From positions 682,001-746,000 of the forward strand of contig NW_026782148.1 of assembly GCF_031769215.1 (NCBI RefSeq): a stretch of DNA of 64,000 bases, written 5' to 3'. This document shows positions 1 to 14,250 of this stretch, one piece after another. Each line of letters opens with the position of its first letter. Positions within the stretch are counted from its first letter, which is position 1. The notes under the pieces are model-generated. The model was not told where the DNA came from, made no database searches, and was given only the letters and a program-made list of their open reading frames with translations. The DNA comes from Ylistrum balloti. Lineage: Eukaryota. Both the position numbers and the translations under genes were made by a program.

Positions 1-226
1 AACATGAAACAGTTTTCTACTGAGGTTGGTATTATCGCTTATATTGCGTGTCTCTGTAAACCGTTTACTTAACCAACACGTTGTAGACTTTTCCAAAATC
101 ATACTGTTTTAAAGAAGACATGATGAGTAAATAAAATCATTCTTTATTTTAAAATGAAATGCAAATTTACAACCTGCATTCATTAAATAACCCCAATACA
201 GAAATGCTTTAGAGCTCTCAAAAAGG

Positions 227-420
227 AAAAGGACATTGTATGAAAATATCTATACATATATGTTATCATACATTGTATCACCATTTAACTTACGCAGGAA
301 AAGGACATTGTATGAAATATCTATACATATGTGTTATCATACATTGTATCACCATTTAACTTACGCAGGAAAAGGACATTGTATGAAAATATCTATACAT
401 ATATGTTATCATACATTGTA
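227..420. repeat. Tandem repeat, ~71-73 bp unit, ~2.7 copies
   Basis: aaaggacattgtatgaa(a)atatctatacatat(a/g)tgttatcatacattgtatcaccatttaacttacgcagga recurs at ~228, ~301 and ~371; it explains the internally repetitive ORF 236..430. Confidence 0.9.
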
Positions 421-1569
421 TAAACATTAATCTTCCCCATTGCTTGTAAATTCTAACCGTAATTTTTTTTCAAAAATGTCGAAAATATATCAACGTTTAA
501 TCATAAACAAGAAAACAAACATTAATTTTGAATATTGAAGTTAATGGCATTGGGGCGGAATATGACTAAAATTATCAAAACGTAACATATGATCTCCACA
601 GTAATTTCCCTCATTTAACTGTGGTTGGTATAAAAACCGATTTCCTTTCGTATAATTAGTCATTCTATTGCTATAAGGCGACGGAACTTCCCGACATATG
701 CCGAAGACTACTGCAATGCGGGTTTCCTATTCATACATCTGTTCACTCGACAAACGTCTTGTTCTGAAACTCATGAATTTTAATGTTCCTGCCCATGCAC
801 TTAAAGCGTAGCTAGAAGAGGTGAGGGTTGTGCTTTGAAAACACATGATGTATGACCGTTGATATGTGTTATCGTATCAGTGTAGTTGACATGTAAAGAT
901 GCCACCCCTCGTCATCATTGTCACTATACATTGATGGGTGATCAGTAGAGCGTGACCAACGAAAATCTAGCCTAGTGCAAAAGAACATAAGGGAAAGCTA
1001 GTTGATGATAATAATATTGTGGGTTTCTCTTCATTAGATTAGTTTATTAAATAAGATTCACATGCTGGTAAACAAGTCAATGAATATCGTTTAGGTTATA
1101 GCATATATAATAAAATTCTCAGTATTTGCATTTAAATTGCGTGTTGAAAGCAAAAAAATAAACATTTTGTACAGGTTCTATAAATATTGCTTTCGTTAAC
1201 ATATGTATTTATGTATTACAACTCATGTCATCGCATTTCATTAAAAAAGCAATTGTCATGACACAGGTGCATTCTGATATCAAAGTTACTTGAAGGAATT
1301 TTAGATTAAATAATAATTTGTTTTTGAATAAAAACAAATAGATAATGTCTTACTAAAGTGAGAACATACACGAAATACATGTAATAAGAATATATTCTAA
1401 TAGAAAATAACATGAATGTATCATATGTTAATGCATTGGCAGTATATATTGCATTAAAATATGATACATCCATATTATAACAAAGCATTCTATACAATGT
1501 ATCACTTCATATAATTCAATTTTTGCATTTTTATGTTATCTTTAAAAGAAAAACATCTTTTTTATTAAG

Positions 1570-2060
1570 CAATGCCATCAATCAGGGATTCTAATGTGAA
1601 CATATTTCTCTAAAACATAGAACAATATCATTAATCAGGGACTTTGTTTTAAAGTGAATATATTTATTTAAATCATTAATCAATATCATTAATTAGGGAC
1701 TTTTAATGTAAATATACTTATCTGAATCATTACGCATTATCATTAATTAGGGACTCTTAATGTAAATATACTTATCTGAATCATTAAGCATTATCATTAA
1801 TTAGGGACTCTTAATGTAAATATACTTATCTGAATCATTAAGCATTATCATTAATTAGGGACTCTTAATGTAAATATACTTATCTGAATCATTAAGCATT
1901 ATCATTAATTAGGGACTCTTAATGTAAATATACTTATCTGAATCATTAAGCAATATCATTAATTAAGGGTTTTTAATGTAAATTATACCAGTCTGAATGA
2001 TTACGCAATATAATTAATTAGGGACTTTTAATCCGAATATATTTATCGAAATCATTCGAT
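1570..2060. repeat. Minisatellite, 54 bp unit, ~8-9 copies with degenerate ends
   Basis: cattaattagggactcttaatgtaaatatacttatctgaatcattaagcattat repeats with period 54 (cattaattag at 1741 and 1795); the central copies are identical. Confidence 0.92.
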
Positions 2061-5000
2061 TGTAATATTATTTGCGGTTTTCATTTTATGTGAATTACTT
2101 AACAGCCAGGAGTAAAAACTCGTATTCTTTTTAATGAGTCAACACAAGAATATTTGAAAATTGACCACCTTCGACCAAAGTATTTGACTGTAAAGATTAA
2201 CATTACTTCACTCAGAAGTTTACATTATGGTTTACGAGGCTGAATAAAAACATACACTCTACATTTTTCTTCATTGAACAAATGTTTTCTAACGAGATGA
2301 AAAAAACATAAAACAAAAAATCCTTACGCATACTTACAAACAATATCCTTCTGACTATTTCCATTGCTCAAATCTTGTCCGTATAGAACAAATCTCAGAT
2401 CATTTTCCGTGAAAGTGAGCATAGTATTGTTGTCCATGACGTCGACACTCTGCTTGTGTGTGTGTCCTTGTTGGAAGATTTGATATCAAATAACGGCAAA
2501 ATGTACCTTAACGGTATTTATTTTGGAAAAAATAAAAATTTATAATTCCAAACTACCCGGATGCTAAAAACTGTCGATCCGTTTAGTAGGAGAGATCTTC
2601 TGATTGGTTATTAGTTTCGTTTGAGATAATGGGACGGTCTGGCAAATACATCTACCCGCATGTCGACCACGTCACCACAAAAACAACGCGCAGTTGATTT
2701 TTGATATCGGTTTGTGCTGGGGCTCATTAGTTATTATTTTTAAAAAGTTCGCTCGTACTTGATTTTCCATGGTCTGGTTATAAAATTGCCATTTCGTTCT
2801 GGAGAAGTGATTTTCATTTTAAAACTGATTTCCTGTTAAATTTGCATTTTGCGATATTTTAAAATTTAATGTAAAATCTTTAATTTTCTTTGGGAACTTA
2901 TACTCATTTATTTCGTTAACACTTAATCCAAAATCTGTACGCACAGAAACTGTTAAAGGTAAGTATGAGTAAATTTTAAACTATATTTATCCACAAATTA
3001 AAGTGCCAAACAACAATTTTTGTTTTGAAAAATCACGAAAATTAAGCCCCGCGAAAATGACAGTAAATTATGCCATATCATGCGATACAAATTACCAAAT
3101 GTGATAGTGTGTTAAGACGTAGAGCAAGAACGTAATTGTTGTCAACAAATGCATAGGATTTTATATAATTATTCATGAAATCATTGGTATGTGAAATTTA
3201 AGAAAATGACACTAAAATCGATCAGTTGAAATAAAGCTGCAATGTTATAAGATGGAAGATTTGTAGTTATCATAATCATGTCATTTCTAACAAAAATATC
3301 CTTTCATTTATGTTTCATCAGAAAAATCGGGTGCACGAGCGAATTTATTTTAAAAAGGACAAGCTTTCCTAAACATTAGTAAACCAAATTAAGTGAAATG
3401 AGTAATGCATGTTATTTAGCTGTATGTGTAAAGTAATAAATCTGATTACAAATTATAGTCAATAAAATTATTGATGAAATATTATCATTTGACAGAATGT
3501 TCCCAATGCCGGGAAGTAACTGTCTTTTTACTTGACCCTAGCCATTTGTTATTGAGGAAATGGTAGTCTTTTGTGGGGGCCTTCTGGGAGATCCCGGATC
3601 ATTATCTGTTATTTATTCATGTCCGCAGAGAATTTATTTTTAAATATGTAATGGCATATGGTTACACTCCTATCCCGCATCTTATTGTATTTAATGAATT
3701 TTTATCAATTTCTGCAAATAGGCTTCTACGAACTACTTGCGGGTGTATTGAACTGACACATTGTATTAAAAAATGTTTTTTCACAGCTCGGCGTATTCAT
3801 TAAAGGACAAACATAGCTATAAATTCGCTAGAGTAAAACAATACAATTGGCTAATTAAAAGCATTCGGTTTGAAGAGTTGATTCAGGCCCGCATATCATC
3901 GCGGAGAAAATCTCTGCCCAAAGCGACCCGCATTTTTGACGAATAAGACGCGGATAACGCCCCAACCATTGGAAGGCTTTTGAGGGTATGGATCGTTTTA
4001 CATGGTTATTATAAATGCTAGAGCCAGAGGAAGGATCTGGTAGCATCGTTGAAACTTGATATCCGTATAATTATTACTCCATCATTAGAGTATCCCGGTG
4101 TCGTTTGGGACAAAATGGCAAACTCTTAAAGAAATGGTTCACACTTCGATACTGATGGAAGAAGCAGGCCCCCTGTCTTCTGAAAATTCATAATTTCGTT
4201 CAATGTGCCTAAAGATCTCTATTCGAGTATGTTTGTGAACGTTTAAGTCGTCCTAAACTAGTCCGGATTTCGTCATTTGGCTGTATACTTAGCTTTCTTG
4301 ACACGTCTGGCAGATACTGATAGCGTTCCTTTACATATTGAATGAATAGATAAGATGTTTAATTTGTATATAACATATTTAAGTATATAAAAGTAAAACC
4401 TTGATAAATAAACGGAAACCGGGTACGTTACAACAACATATACTAGTATACTTAGTATATCAAGTGTATTCTAAAGCACTATTTCTCCCGACAGTGTGCG
4501 TGGCTTTTTATGTTTCATATGCTAAATGCCTTCGGCAAAAGGGACTTTTTCAAGTGTTTCCGAAATGCCTTTAGTCTCAGTTGTGGACTTTCTCAAAAAT
4601 GAAAGATTAACCCGGAATCTATATGAATATTTTTTTTATTAATTAAATTCACATTTTGAAATTCAGTGTCTCCAACTTTCCTTAAAATTGATTTCTGAGT
4701 TAAAAATAAATTTGATAGATCCGCGTTACATCCAACGAATGAAGTACAATGTAAGTCTTAAGGTTTTAATTCATAGTTCATCACTTCTTGAAGAACTCTG
4801 CGTTTACTTCAAATCATCTCATACAAACTCAGATGTTATTTCATGAATGTGCATCCACGTGTCTAGTCAGTCACGTGGTATATATTGCATATAATCACGC
4901 ATAGTCAATAACTCTGCTGTCTCGTATATCATTGTAGAGTGAGGTCAGTCCATGTATAAGTTCCATCATTCGATCGAGAAGTTTCGATTTAAATACTGAA

Positions 5001-5942
5001 ATTCAACAAAAGTTTAATTAATTTCTCCATTTCTCGTTTTGTTATCAAACTCAGCGTGTGATATAATTTAATTCTCATTTCGAAAACCAATTCAATTATT
5101 TTTCATCATTGTTGCTTTACATAAACAAAACGCATTACATTTGTATAACAAACATTTTGATCAATTCTGTTTTAAAGCATTTTGTCCATACAGCTGTAAA
5201 TTGGTTGTCCTTTCAATTTTACATCTACATACAATCATTATGTCATAATTGATAAACCAATTTTAATCAGATGTAGCTCTGACGGATATTTTTCTTAACT
5301 TAAACTCAGATTTCTGTCAATATACATCGCATATACAAAAGAAAAAAGAAAGGACAGCAGATCCAATACTTAATCAAAGGTTAAACATATTTCTGACATT
5401 TAACAGAAAAATGATTATTTCAGAGTGACACATTTGGCTCAAAAGAGCTTTTGTATCTATATAGATAGAATAAACATTGTTGTAACGATAGTCCGAGTTT
5501 TTACCAAAAGCATGATGCAAAAAGGGTGCATTTTTCAGCAAAGTCATGAAGTGGGCTATTGTTTTCTCTATTAATTTAATTTTCTGTGTATTTTTCGGTG
5601 TTATATTAACACTGAAAATAGTTAAGGAAACATCTCTCGAAAATAGTAACCTTGCTGTATAAACAGTATACGTTACAATCGATGTTACATATGAATTAAT
5701 AACCTCCATATTTTGCATATGTTTTCTTTGAATTCAATTGCAGCATTTAATAAACATATTAACACATGATAATATATCGTAATAAACATAATCAGCAATA
5801 ACTAAGAAATATCAACTGTAATAATATTCCATATCGATTGGTCTGATGACAACACAAATATGGCTTATTGCTTATGCTATTAGCAACAAATACACTCTGG
5901 GCGTGTAATTAATATCTTTTATTTTCTTAATTTTCTACTTAC

Positions 5943-8900
5943 ACTTAGGTGTTGTCGGTGCAGGAGTTGTAGTAGTGACTACAACAAAAGAAAATACACA
6001 TATTTGCTTACATCAATTATTTTACCTAATGTTTTTCTGATGAAAACAGTCACCAGTTTATCTTTACTGATAAGGTAACCTTAGTCATGGCAATATAGCA
6101 ACAGTATACTTACATGTTTTTTTTTTAATTATGGAGTTTGCCTGCAATAGTATCCATGTTTAATTCACTCATTAGGTGCTTGAAAATAGCGCATCTATAC
6201 CATGTTATGTATTTTAAGTATACAAGAATGAGGAATTCCACGAATATATTTTCATACTTAACCACGTGAATAAAAATCTTATCATTATATTATTATTATT
6301 ACTATCTCATTTTATTATCTATTCGATTTCATATCGTTAACGCAAATATAATTTCTCATTAGTAATCTATAATTAGATATATAAGAGATAAAGAAGCAAT
6401 GGTAAATAGTATATCTTCCATAGTTTGGAACATTTTCATCACGGTGGTAATGTCAATTCGGCTACGCTTTGTTTAACTACGCATGTCAACGCTAGTACGC
6501 TCCAAAGTGGTCATTTGTTTAATGAAGGTGACCATTTAGTCATCGAAACCTTACACTCAAATCTTCTACTGGTTGTCTTATAAGAACTTCTATTTTATTA
6601 ATATACTTCCAGAATGTTTTATCGTATGGACATGACTTACCTGTGGTGGTTGGGATTGTTGTGGTGATGCAATCACACATGCGACATCCAGCGAAATCGT
6701 ACCTGTATCCCAAAGGACAATGTGTCCCATTACACACCTGGTCAGCTTCGTGGCAAGTGGGAACTTTCCCGTCCTCCACTTCAAATCTGATCACATAACC
6801 GGTCAATACAAGGAAAACGTCTGACGTGAATGTAAACTCTAGATATCTATCTGACCTGCTCGCGGGTCGTACTGAAATGTTAGAAATATCTCACATCTGT
6901 TATACAAGATATCTATATGCATATTGCTTTTCAAGTTACATATTATTGTCGATAACATTTAGCAATGAAACGTATCTATAGAATGATACACCATTAGAAG
7001 TACTAACTAAGGCCAGCAATATATAAAAAACAATCATGTAAAAATAATATACTAAATATACATTTCAGCATGAAATGCGCCAATGACTTTTTTATCAGCA
7101 CAGTTTTATGAATTCTACTTGCCTTTGATATTGTGTTCATAAGTATTGCACATTTTACATTACCCGCAACGGGCTGTAAAAACTATTATCATATCGTTAC
7201 AATTTTCCTATACACACTGGTTGTTCAAAACATCTAAATATCTGGCGATGTTACATAGAGGCAGTAGAATACGTGCACGCGAGATGAATAACTACCAGGC
7301 TTATCAATGGTACATATTTTAACGGACCAATCAGAAGTCACATAATAAAGAAAACATTGACCTGTTTTCAGATGAATACAAGGATCTATTAACCCGGAAA
7401 TATATTCTGGCCTTGGCAAAATAATCTTTTTGGTTTGATAAGCCCGTGTCAGGTCAGTATTTGTATGATGTTTTCACAAATTATTTGGAAATTAACCATT
7501 TCAGCAGACTGGGAGATACTGTGTATGAATATATAAATTTTGTATTTTTCTAAATTCCGATAAATATAATTACATGTTAAACATTGATTGGAAAGGATAC
7601 AAACACATTTACTTCTATCCACTGAAAAACATTTAAACTACTAAAAACATCTAAACTACTAAAACACTGTCCAGGCTGATTCACGCACAGTTGTAGGTTT
7701 GGTTCATCGTGATGTTATTACTGTCACAGAGTCGAGTATTCTCAAGCCCTTGAACGTTGTTGAACGTGATGTAATCACAGCGGCATGTTTTACCGTCATA
7801 ACCATATTTACAATGATCAATATCGAAGTGAAGGAACCTGGAGATGTAGAAAATTTAGTAATTTAAGCATTTTATCGCTAAGAAATAATAATTGTAATAT
7901 CCAAACGCATGAGTGTTTATACTTAAATTCGCTTTTGACACAAAGGTTGACTACAGGATTCTGATGTCAAAATAATGTAAAAATGGTATTTTCGTGGTTT
8001 TATCGATTTTAAGGCAAACATGATTTAATTTCCACTGAATTAATGAAGCAGATTATGTTTCGAAAACAGCAATTTTAACAGTATAAGAGAATAATTATAC
8101 ATCAATAGGATAACAATGAAATATTTTAAGTGAGTGTTCCAATATCTGCCGCACTTTATTGATTCTTTAGTAAATAAAATTTAACTTTCATGCTCTAGAA
8201 CATTTTAAAAAATTCTTAATATACAACCTGTAAAGTTTGAAAAGGCAATGGTTCTTGATTGAAAGTTTGCGATAAAATTTTTTTTTAAAAATTTCATGGT
8301 CAGCTTTGATAGATCTTCATACGTTGAATTTAATTGGAAAATATACCTAAAACCGAACGAGAAATGTCTGTATTATGAAAATAATGTATGTGAAAACTGG
8401 ATGGTAAAGTGTCCTTTACAAAACTTAAGGTAACTGACTTCGTACGTAAGTTTCACGTATTTGTCCTTGAAGATGTGGTCCTGGCCGAGGTCGATCCTGA
8501 TATCAGTTGTATAGACCAGGGGATAGTGACCAGGGTAGTGGGCCATACTGGGGGTCCTTATGTAACCCTGGTAAATGTATGTTTCATTGTTCTCCATTGG
8601 ATAATCTAAAATCACATGACACATTATCAGATAAATAAGTGTTTAATGTATACATGGATGTATTTTAGGATTGCTACAGAAATCAAATCATATTGATTTT
8701 ACTTTAGTGAAAGATTATTTCATTTCCATAAATTTGCAACAGGAAGCATGATATTGTTGTTTTCCTTGAACTATTTAGTGATCATTTCATTTCATTTCTT
8801 AAGGTAAGTAAATATAAAATAGTATCGAAATCAACCTTCCCCTAGCCTTAAGTCTTTTATTCTCTTCTATGAATTAAAAGTTTCCATCCTACCGTGTGTT

Positions 8901-11900
8901 ATTTATCTAGAGCGATATTATTTTCCATTTTATGATTAAACTGTTAATAATGATAATAATGATAAAGAAAATCATTTAATAGACATCAAAAGGTTAGGTC
9001 TTGGTCTGATAGTTAAAACTGTACGGTATTTGCTGGTATGCAAATCCATAACGACAGTATGGCTTTTACTGCTGAAACCTTTCGTAAAGCAAATAAATAA
9101 TAAACACAATATTTGACATTAAGATGAAAAGTTAAATAAATGACTTTTGGGGAAAAATGGAATGACATGTTTTTCGAATGTTAAACATGTCTCAAATACG
9201 ATTAAACATACATGTACATCATGATTATGTACAAAATCATGGCCAGCTTTACCAAGATCTAAACCTGGCGATAGGTCACGTCTTACCTCGACTTACCACC
9301 GTTCCTATCGGTACAGGTTCCGTGGGAAGTGAAGAAACCTGACATATACAGAAAGCTGGACAACGGTCATTATAGTACCTGATAGAGGTCAAACAGGTAA
9401 GTATCAATTAGATACAAGGACAAATCAACCATCATTAACATACAAACGCATACACACACGTGATTCTCCAGATCAGCAGAGCAAAAGCACATTACATATT
9501 GTGCACTTATTTAAATGAAGAAAAGTACTTCAATATTAAATGAACGACGTCACAAACGAAACATTTTTTTTTATAATGAGGTGATAAAAAGCGCATATCA
9601 TTTCATTTTGACAAAGTTTCATTATGGTTGCAAATTACACAACTTATTTGCCATCTGTTGAGAGTTTCTTGTCCAGGTGTGTGAATGAAGGAAGTTATCA
9701 TTTAAACAATACCCAAAGCATGTGTTTGATGAATTTTGTTTTTGAATATTGAACTTCACTTACCAAACAGAGAATCATTTCGTTATGTAAAGGACTTACC
9801 GGTAGGTAGGCGATTCACCAGCGGGACAAGTAGGACAGACAACAGGTAAACAAGATGGCATAGTTGAAGTGGTGATAGGTGTCGTAGTAGCTGGTAACAA
9901 AATCCCTATATTAATTTTTTTTTATAATGTCACCCTGCAAACTCTCAGCTCTTTTAGAGATTTCAAATCGTTCCGTATTAAACAGGTTTCAATTTTATTT
10001 TGAATTATAAAATTAATTACATTCAAGTCAAAATTCATATGTGTGCATAAGTAAAGATATCTTACTAGCAGTCATATTAACTTTACGTGCCATACAATAT
10101 AAACATTCTTAAAATCGCTTACATTTTGTTTGCATTCCAACCCCTTTTTAGCTGTTGTTTTACTTAACTAACCTTCATCAACAGGCTTAATTATCATTAT
10201 CATTGTTAGTTTTGCATTACTATTTTGAATACAGATTTTGAGGGGGAAAAGGCATCCTTTTTAGATGTTGATATGATATTTATAACTGTACGGTATTTCA
10301 CTAAACGACTATTATAATTATTAGATTATCGAGCTATTTTTCTTTTCCCATAGCATAACATGATAATATCGAACATCTTCATAAGGAATACATCCGATTT
10401 AAAAACACAATCTTCATAAATCACTTGATTCATAATGATTTATGAAGGAGTTTGTACATAGAGAATTCGATGATAGACCAATCATCAATCATATTTCCGC
10501 ATGTAATTATTTCAAAATATACAGTTAAAATTTAACTATTACATATGTTTGTAGCATTAACTATTATGTATACACTGATAAAACACGTCAAAGTATTGGG
10601 TTATCTTTCTTGAATTGCAACCGCACGATTTTTTTTTATTCAAATCAGAAACCAGGCAAACTTTTCGTTACCAGTTGATATAATATTGACCAAGAATTCT
10701 CAAAATATGTCATTTTGATAAAGTAAACACTTTTACCTTGATGCACCACAAATATGTTATATTTGGCAAAAAATCCTGATTTTACGTTGGTGTTGGAATC
10801 TGATATAAATCTGACACTAACTGATTCTGTACCGTCTCCAACTGAAACATCAACAATATAACATTAAAACATTATCCCGCTGACGTCATCGTGGTAGTTG
10901 ATGTTATAAGAAATGTGATATAACTGTACATCAGAGCCATGATCTGACCGTCTCCACCTAAAACATCAACAATATAACACATTGACGTCATCGTAGTAGT
11001 TGATATCAATAACAATTGTGGTATTTTCCAGTCCGTATGAAATCAAACTAGATGATGACACAATTGATACCGTGACTAAATAATGTTCTGGTTGAGATGA
11101 TGTGTGATTGTTTGGTCAAGGCTATCAAAGTTACCATTTCTTTATGTATTACGTTAGTCTCTACTACTGCCCTGTAAGTTTGAGTTCCGGTTTTGATGTT
11201 TCACAACAATAATCTTTATTAATTATTAGCAACCGGCGAATTACATAAGGTAGGAATTTGCTATATTATATTGCTTGTTATGCAAAGTTTACACAGATGG
11301 GTTTTAAGAATTCTGTACTGCATAATCTAATTCCCTAGAAACTGAAACGATTGATGTTAATTATAAACTTAGTAACATAATATACCGGGGCAAAAGTAGT
11401 TCGTGAATCAGTAGTTGTAATTGATAACACTGAGTCAAATAGTGGGAATCTTCAAAATGCCACGCTCATCGGGAATTTCTGGAAGTCATTTTGTATTTGT
11501 AGTTAACTCATAAGGTTGATAAGTGTAACCAGACTCACCTTGCACAAGACCATCTCCGTTTGGTAAGACACTTCCACAGAATGTCTTTGTAACAGTTCCG
11601 TCCCTGAGAATTTCCACACGGTCACAAGAACATGAAGTGCATTGCTCGATCTCAAAATATGAAAATTGTAACGATATGGACACGTCGTTTCCATGACTCT
11701 GACTCACGTTCCAGATGGAGTATGTTTTTGTGACGTTAGGTGGATACAGGTTCGGATAATTTGGTGACATGATGATACCATTTCCATAAACTGGAAGTGG
11801 AACCTATATACAACAAACCAAGATTGCTGATACAATACCCTTCAATTAAAGAATGCGATGCGCGCCAGTGCTTCTAGTTTCATTGGGGATGGGTTTCCCA

Positions 11901-13130
11901 AATGCGGAAACTGATTGATGTAAGAATATATATATATATATATATTTCAAAATTAATTTTAATACCAGTACTGGGCATGTGATATATGTTGTAAAGATAT
12001 TGACAAACTCGTCGGTAAAACAAGGAATTTAACGGTACAGACTGATATCGGAATATATGTAAGAAAATAAACTAAACGAGATAATCGTTGGTGATAAAAT
12101 CGTGAAAAATGGTTTGTGCTCACAACTATAGTCAGAAAATTTTACAGGCACGTATATATGTTCTTTGTGATTTCCCTACTCAGTATACGCTAGAAAAATA
12201 AATATTTGATATGTAACTGTGTAATAAATGTGAATAATGACCTATTTAATTTCGTCAATGTCATGCAGTGCTTAATGTGTAAAAACATGCTCAAACCGCA
12301 CCTGTATGAGCCACCAGTACTTAAATGCCATTCATTGCGATAGAGTCTATCATATTGCCCCATATTCTTGGTTACGACAGGGCATTCGTCAATATAAGAT
12401 CAACTAGACAACTAAGATATGTATTTTTATTATTTTTTTTTTCATGTGGTCCTGCAGATTTGATTAGTGGTTTCTGATTTTTTTTTTACTTATCGGCGAA
12501 GATCTTTCTTGTTTCAGTACCACACGTCAGGCCATGCTATTTTTTCTAATGGTTTGCAATATTTCGAAACTACTGTCCATATACCAAGGCGTGTTCATGG
12601 TGAATAAAATATATCATTTACCTTTTTTAAAGAGGCGGAAGCACAACCAGTTGCTGTCAGAATTTTGTTTAACATTTTATTAAAGCATTGAAAAAACACA
12701 AAAAACTTCATGTTTCTAGCAGACCAAAATATCTCCCACTTTCGCAAAATAACATAAACATATCTGGAAGGATCAAATGATGTCAGTCATCAGATATATC
12801 AATTTCAGTCAGCTGACGGGGGGAAAGACAATGCCTGTTTTTCGTGAGTTCGCTGGTTGTGACAATATCCCTTTGTCCTGATCCATTCTACTGGCGATGG
12901 TATTTCCCCAGATGTCTCCGTAGCTAAATCTGAACCTAATTTCTTGATTTTTTCACAGTCATTTCTCAGAGAATCACCTACTGCATTGCGTTTTATCAAA
13001 TAATGACTATAATAACGGTTGTAACAATTACTTAGGTACAACATGCAACATCGCTAAACCTGAAAAGATTTAGAAAATACCTGTGATAACTTACCATAAA
13101 ATACAGACAAACGAAGGCGAAAAGTGACAT
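5943..13130 (-). CDS. Secreted multidomain protein: signal peptide - CUB - Thr-rich linker - Cys-rich module - CUB - antistasin-like module - Thr/Pro-rich stalk; at least 388 aa, 3' end unresolved
   Basis: Nine phase-compatible GT-AG exons: 13095-13130 (MSLFAFVCLYFM), 11539-11803 (VPLPVYG NGIIMSPNYPNLYP...FSYFEIEQCTSCSCDRVEI...FCGS), 10737-10841 (SVSVRFISDS...SGFFAKY), 9800-9890 (SCLPVVCPTCPAGESPTY), 9287-9378 (YYNDRCPAFCICQ), 8446-8605 (GYIRTPS...YPGHYP...YVKLT), 7689-7837 (FLHFDIDHC...CRCDYITF...LCD), 6641-6871 (YLEFTFTSD...GY; CHEADQVCNGTHCPLGYRYDFAGCRMCDC), 5943-5978 (TTTTPAPTTPK). The joined 1165 nt has no stop. SPNYP, FxxFxIE and FxSD are CUB hallmarks; CPxGYxxDxxGCxxCxC is the antistasin-type motif. 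Confidence 0.85.
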
Positions 13131-13989
13131 GGTAATTCTTCACAGTATCTTATATCACCGACACCAGCGGTCCTCAGTTGTGTACTTATTGTACATGATC
13201 TACGTACGGAGCACGCGCAGTTTTAGTTGCCAAGAGTATAAGGAATATACACATGTACTAAAGGTAACTATCCCGTTGATCAAATAGTACGTGTCAAGAT
13301 TCCCTTGCAAAGAAAATCCAGAGGTCGACTTCACGTTCAACAAGCGACCTAACGGCTCATAGCATGATTTAAGTATACAGATTGAAAAATGGACCCTTTG
13401 CACTGGGACTGCACGAACATGTGACATATACATGTGCATGTATGTGCAAATACTTCAAAGATAATTTTAATGTAGAACGCTAATATTTTACTACGGAAAG
13501 AATAAATCTTACATATACAATGTAAGGTGATGTAGTAAACCAAGGTATATATTGATATTAACCGAGACCTTTAAGGTACAGATATTAGGGTGTATTGTGG
13601 ATATATACACGATTTACTGACGTGTACATGTTCTAACAGCATTGCCCGGATGTATTTACGGTTAATACTAAACAAAGCGAGTTTACCATTGTTTAACAGA
13701 AATGTAAAAAAAAAAAAAAAAAAGGCGTGAAATGCTTCATACTTGCAATTGTAAAGTACTCTCGACATTACACAATGGTCGGTGAAGTATTTTTTACAGA
13801 AATAAATTGAAATAAGTGTACAAGTATAATTACGTTAGTTATTAAATCAATGTCCGATCTGAGAAAAAAAATAAATTCGATATATTGTGACGTCACTAAA
13901 GAAAGAACTATGAACTGAATATATTGCCAAATTAAAAGTTATATAAAATACGATTTCCGATTATGTTTACAAAAGTATCAATGGCAGTA

Positions 13990-14250
13990 ATCAACAGCTT
14001 TACCATAACACCAGCTCGGTATCCAATACATTTACAAGGAAATTCTAACCGTGACCCTTCAGACCTAGAACATTTCTTAGACTTTTACTTTTCTATAAAG
14101 TTCTTCATCCATTAGTACAAACCTGGTAATAAACACTAGGTGTCCCCTCAGACACGCTGGTACATTGATCCACACCGGGAACTCGCTTTGGTTCCTACAA
14201 ATACTCTTTCTTCCCACACAATGTAACCCGGTGGAATGCCATATTCGTAG
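13990..14250 (+). mobile_element. Decayed 3' fragment of a CR1/L2-type LINE reverse transcriptase ORF
   Basis: Broken frames read LFYKVLHPLV and YKYSFFPHNVTRWNAI, matching the FYKI...YKxSFFPRTxxxWNxLP tail of these LINEs. Confidence 0.6.

Noticed and set aside
1570-2060. CRISPR-like regular repeats (also 35878-36115, 37046-37340, 41077-41415)
   Set aside because: Units are head-to-tail with no unique spacers, and the context is eukaryotic with no cas genes; these are minisatellites.
12805-13044. 79-aa ORF as an exon of the CUB gene
   Set aside because: It lies in intron 1; exon 1 splices in phase directly to exon 2 to give a complete signal peptide, and no domain is recognisable.
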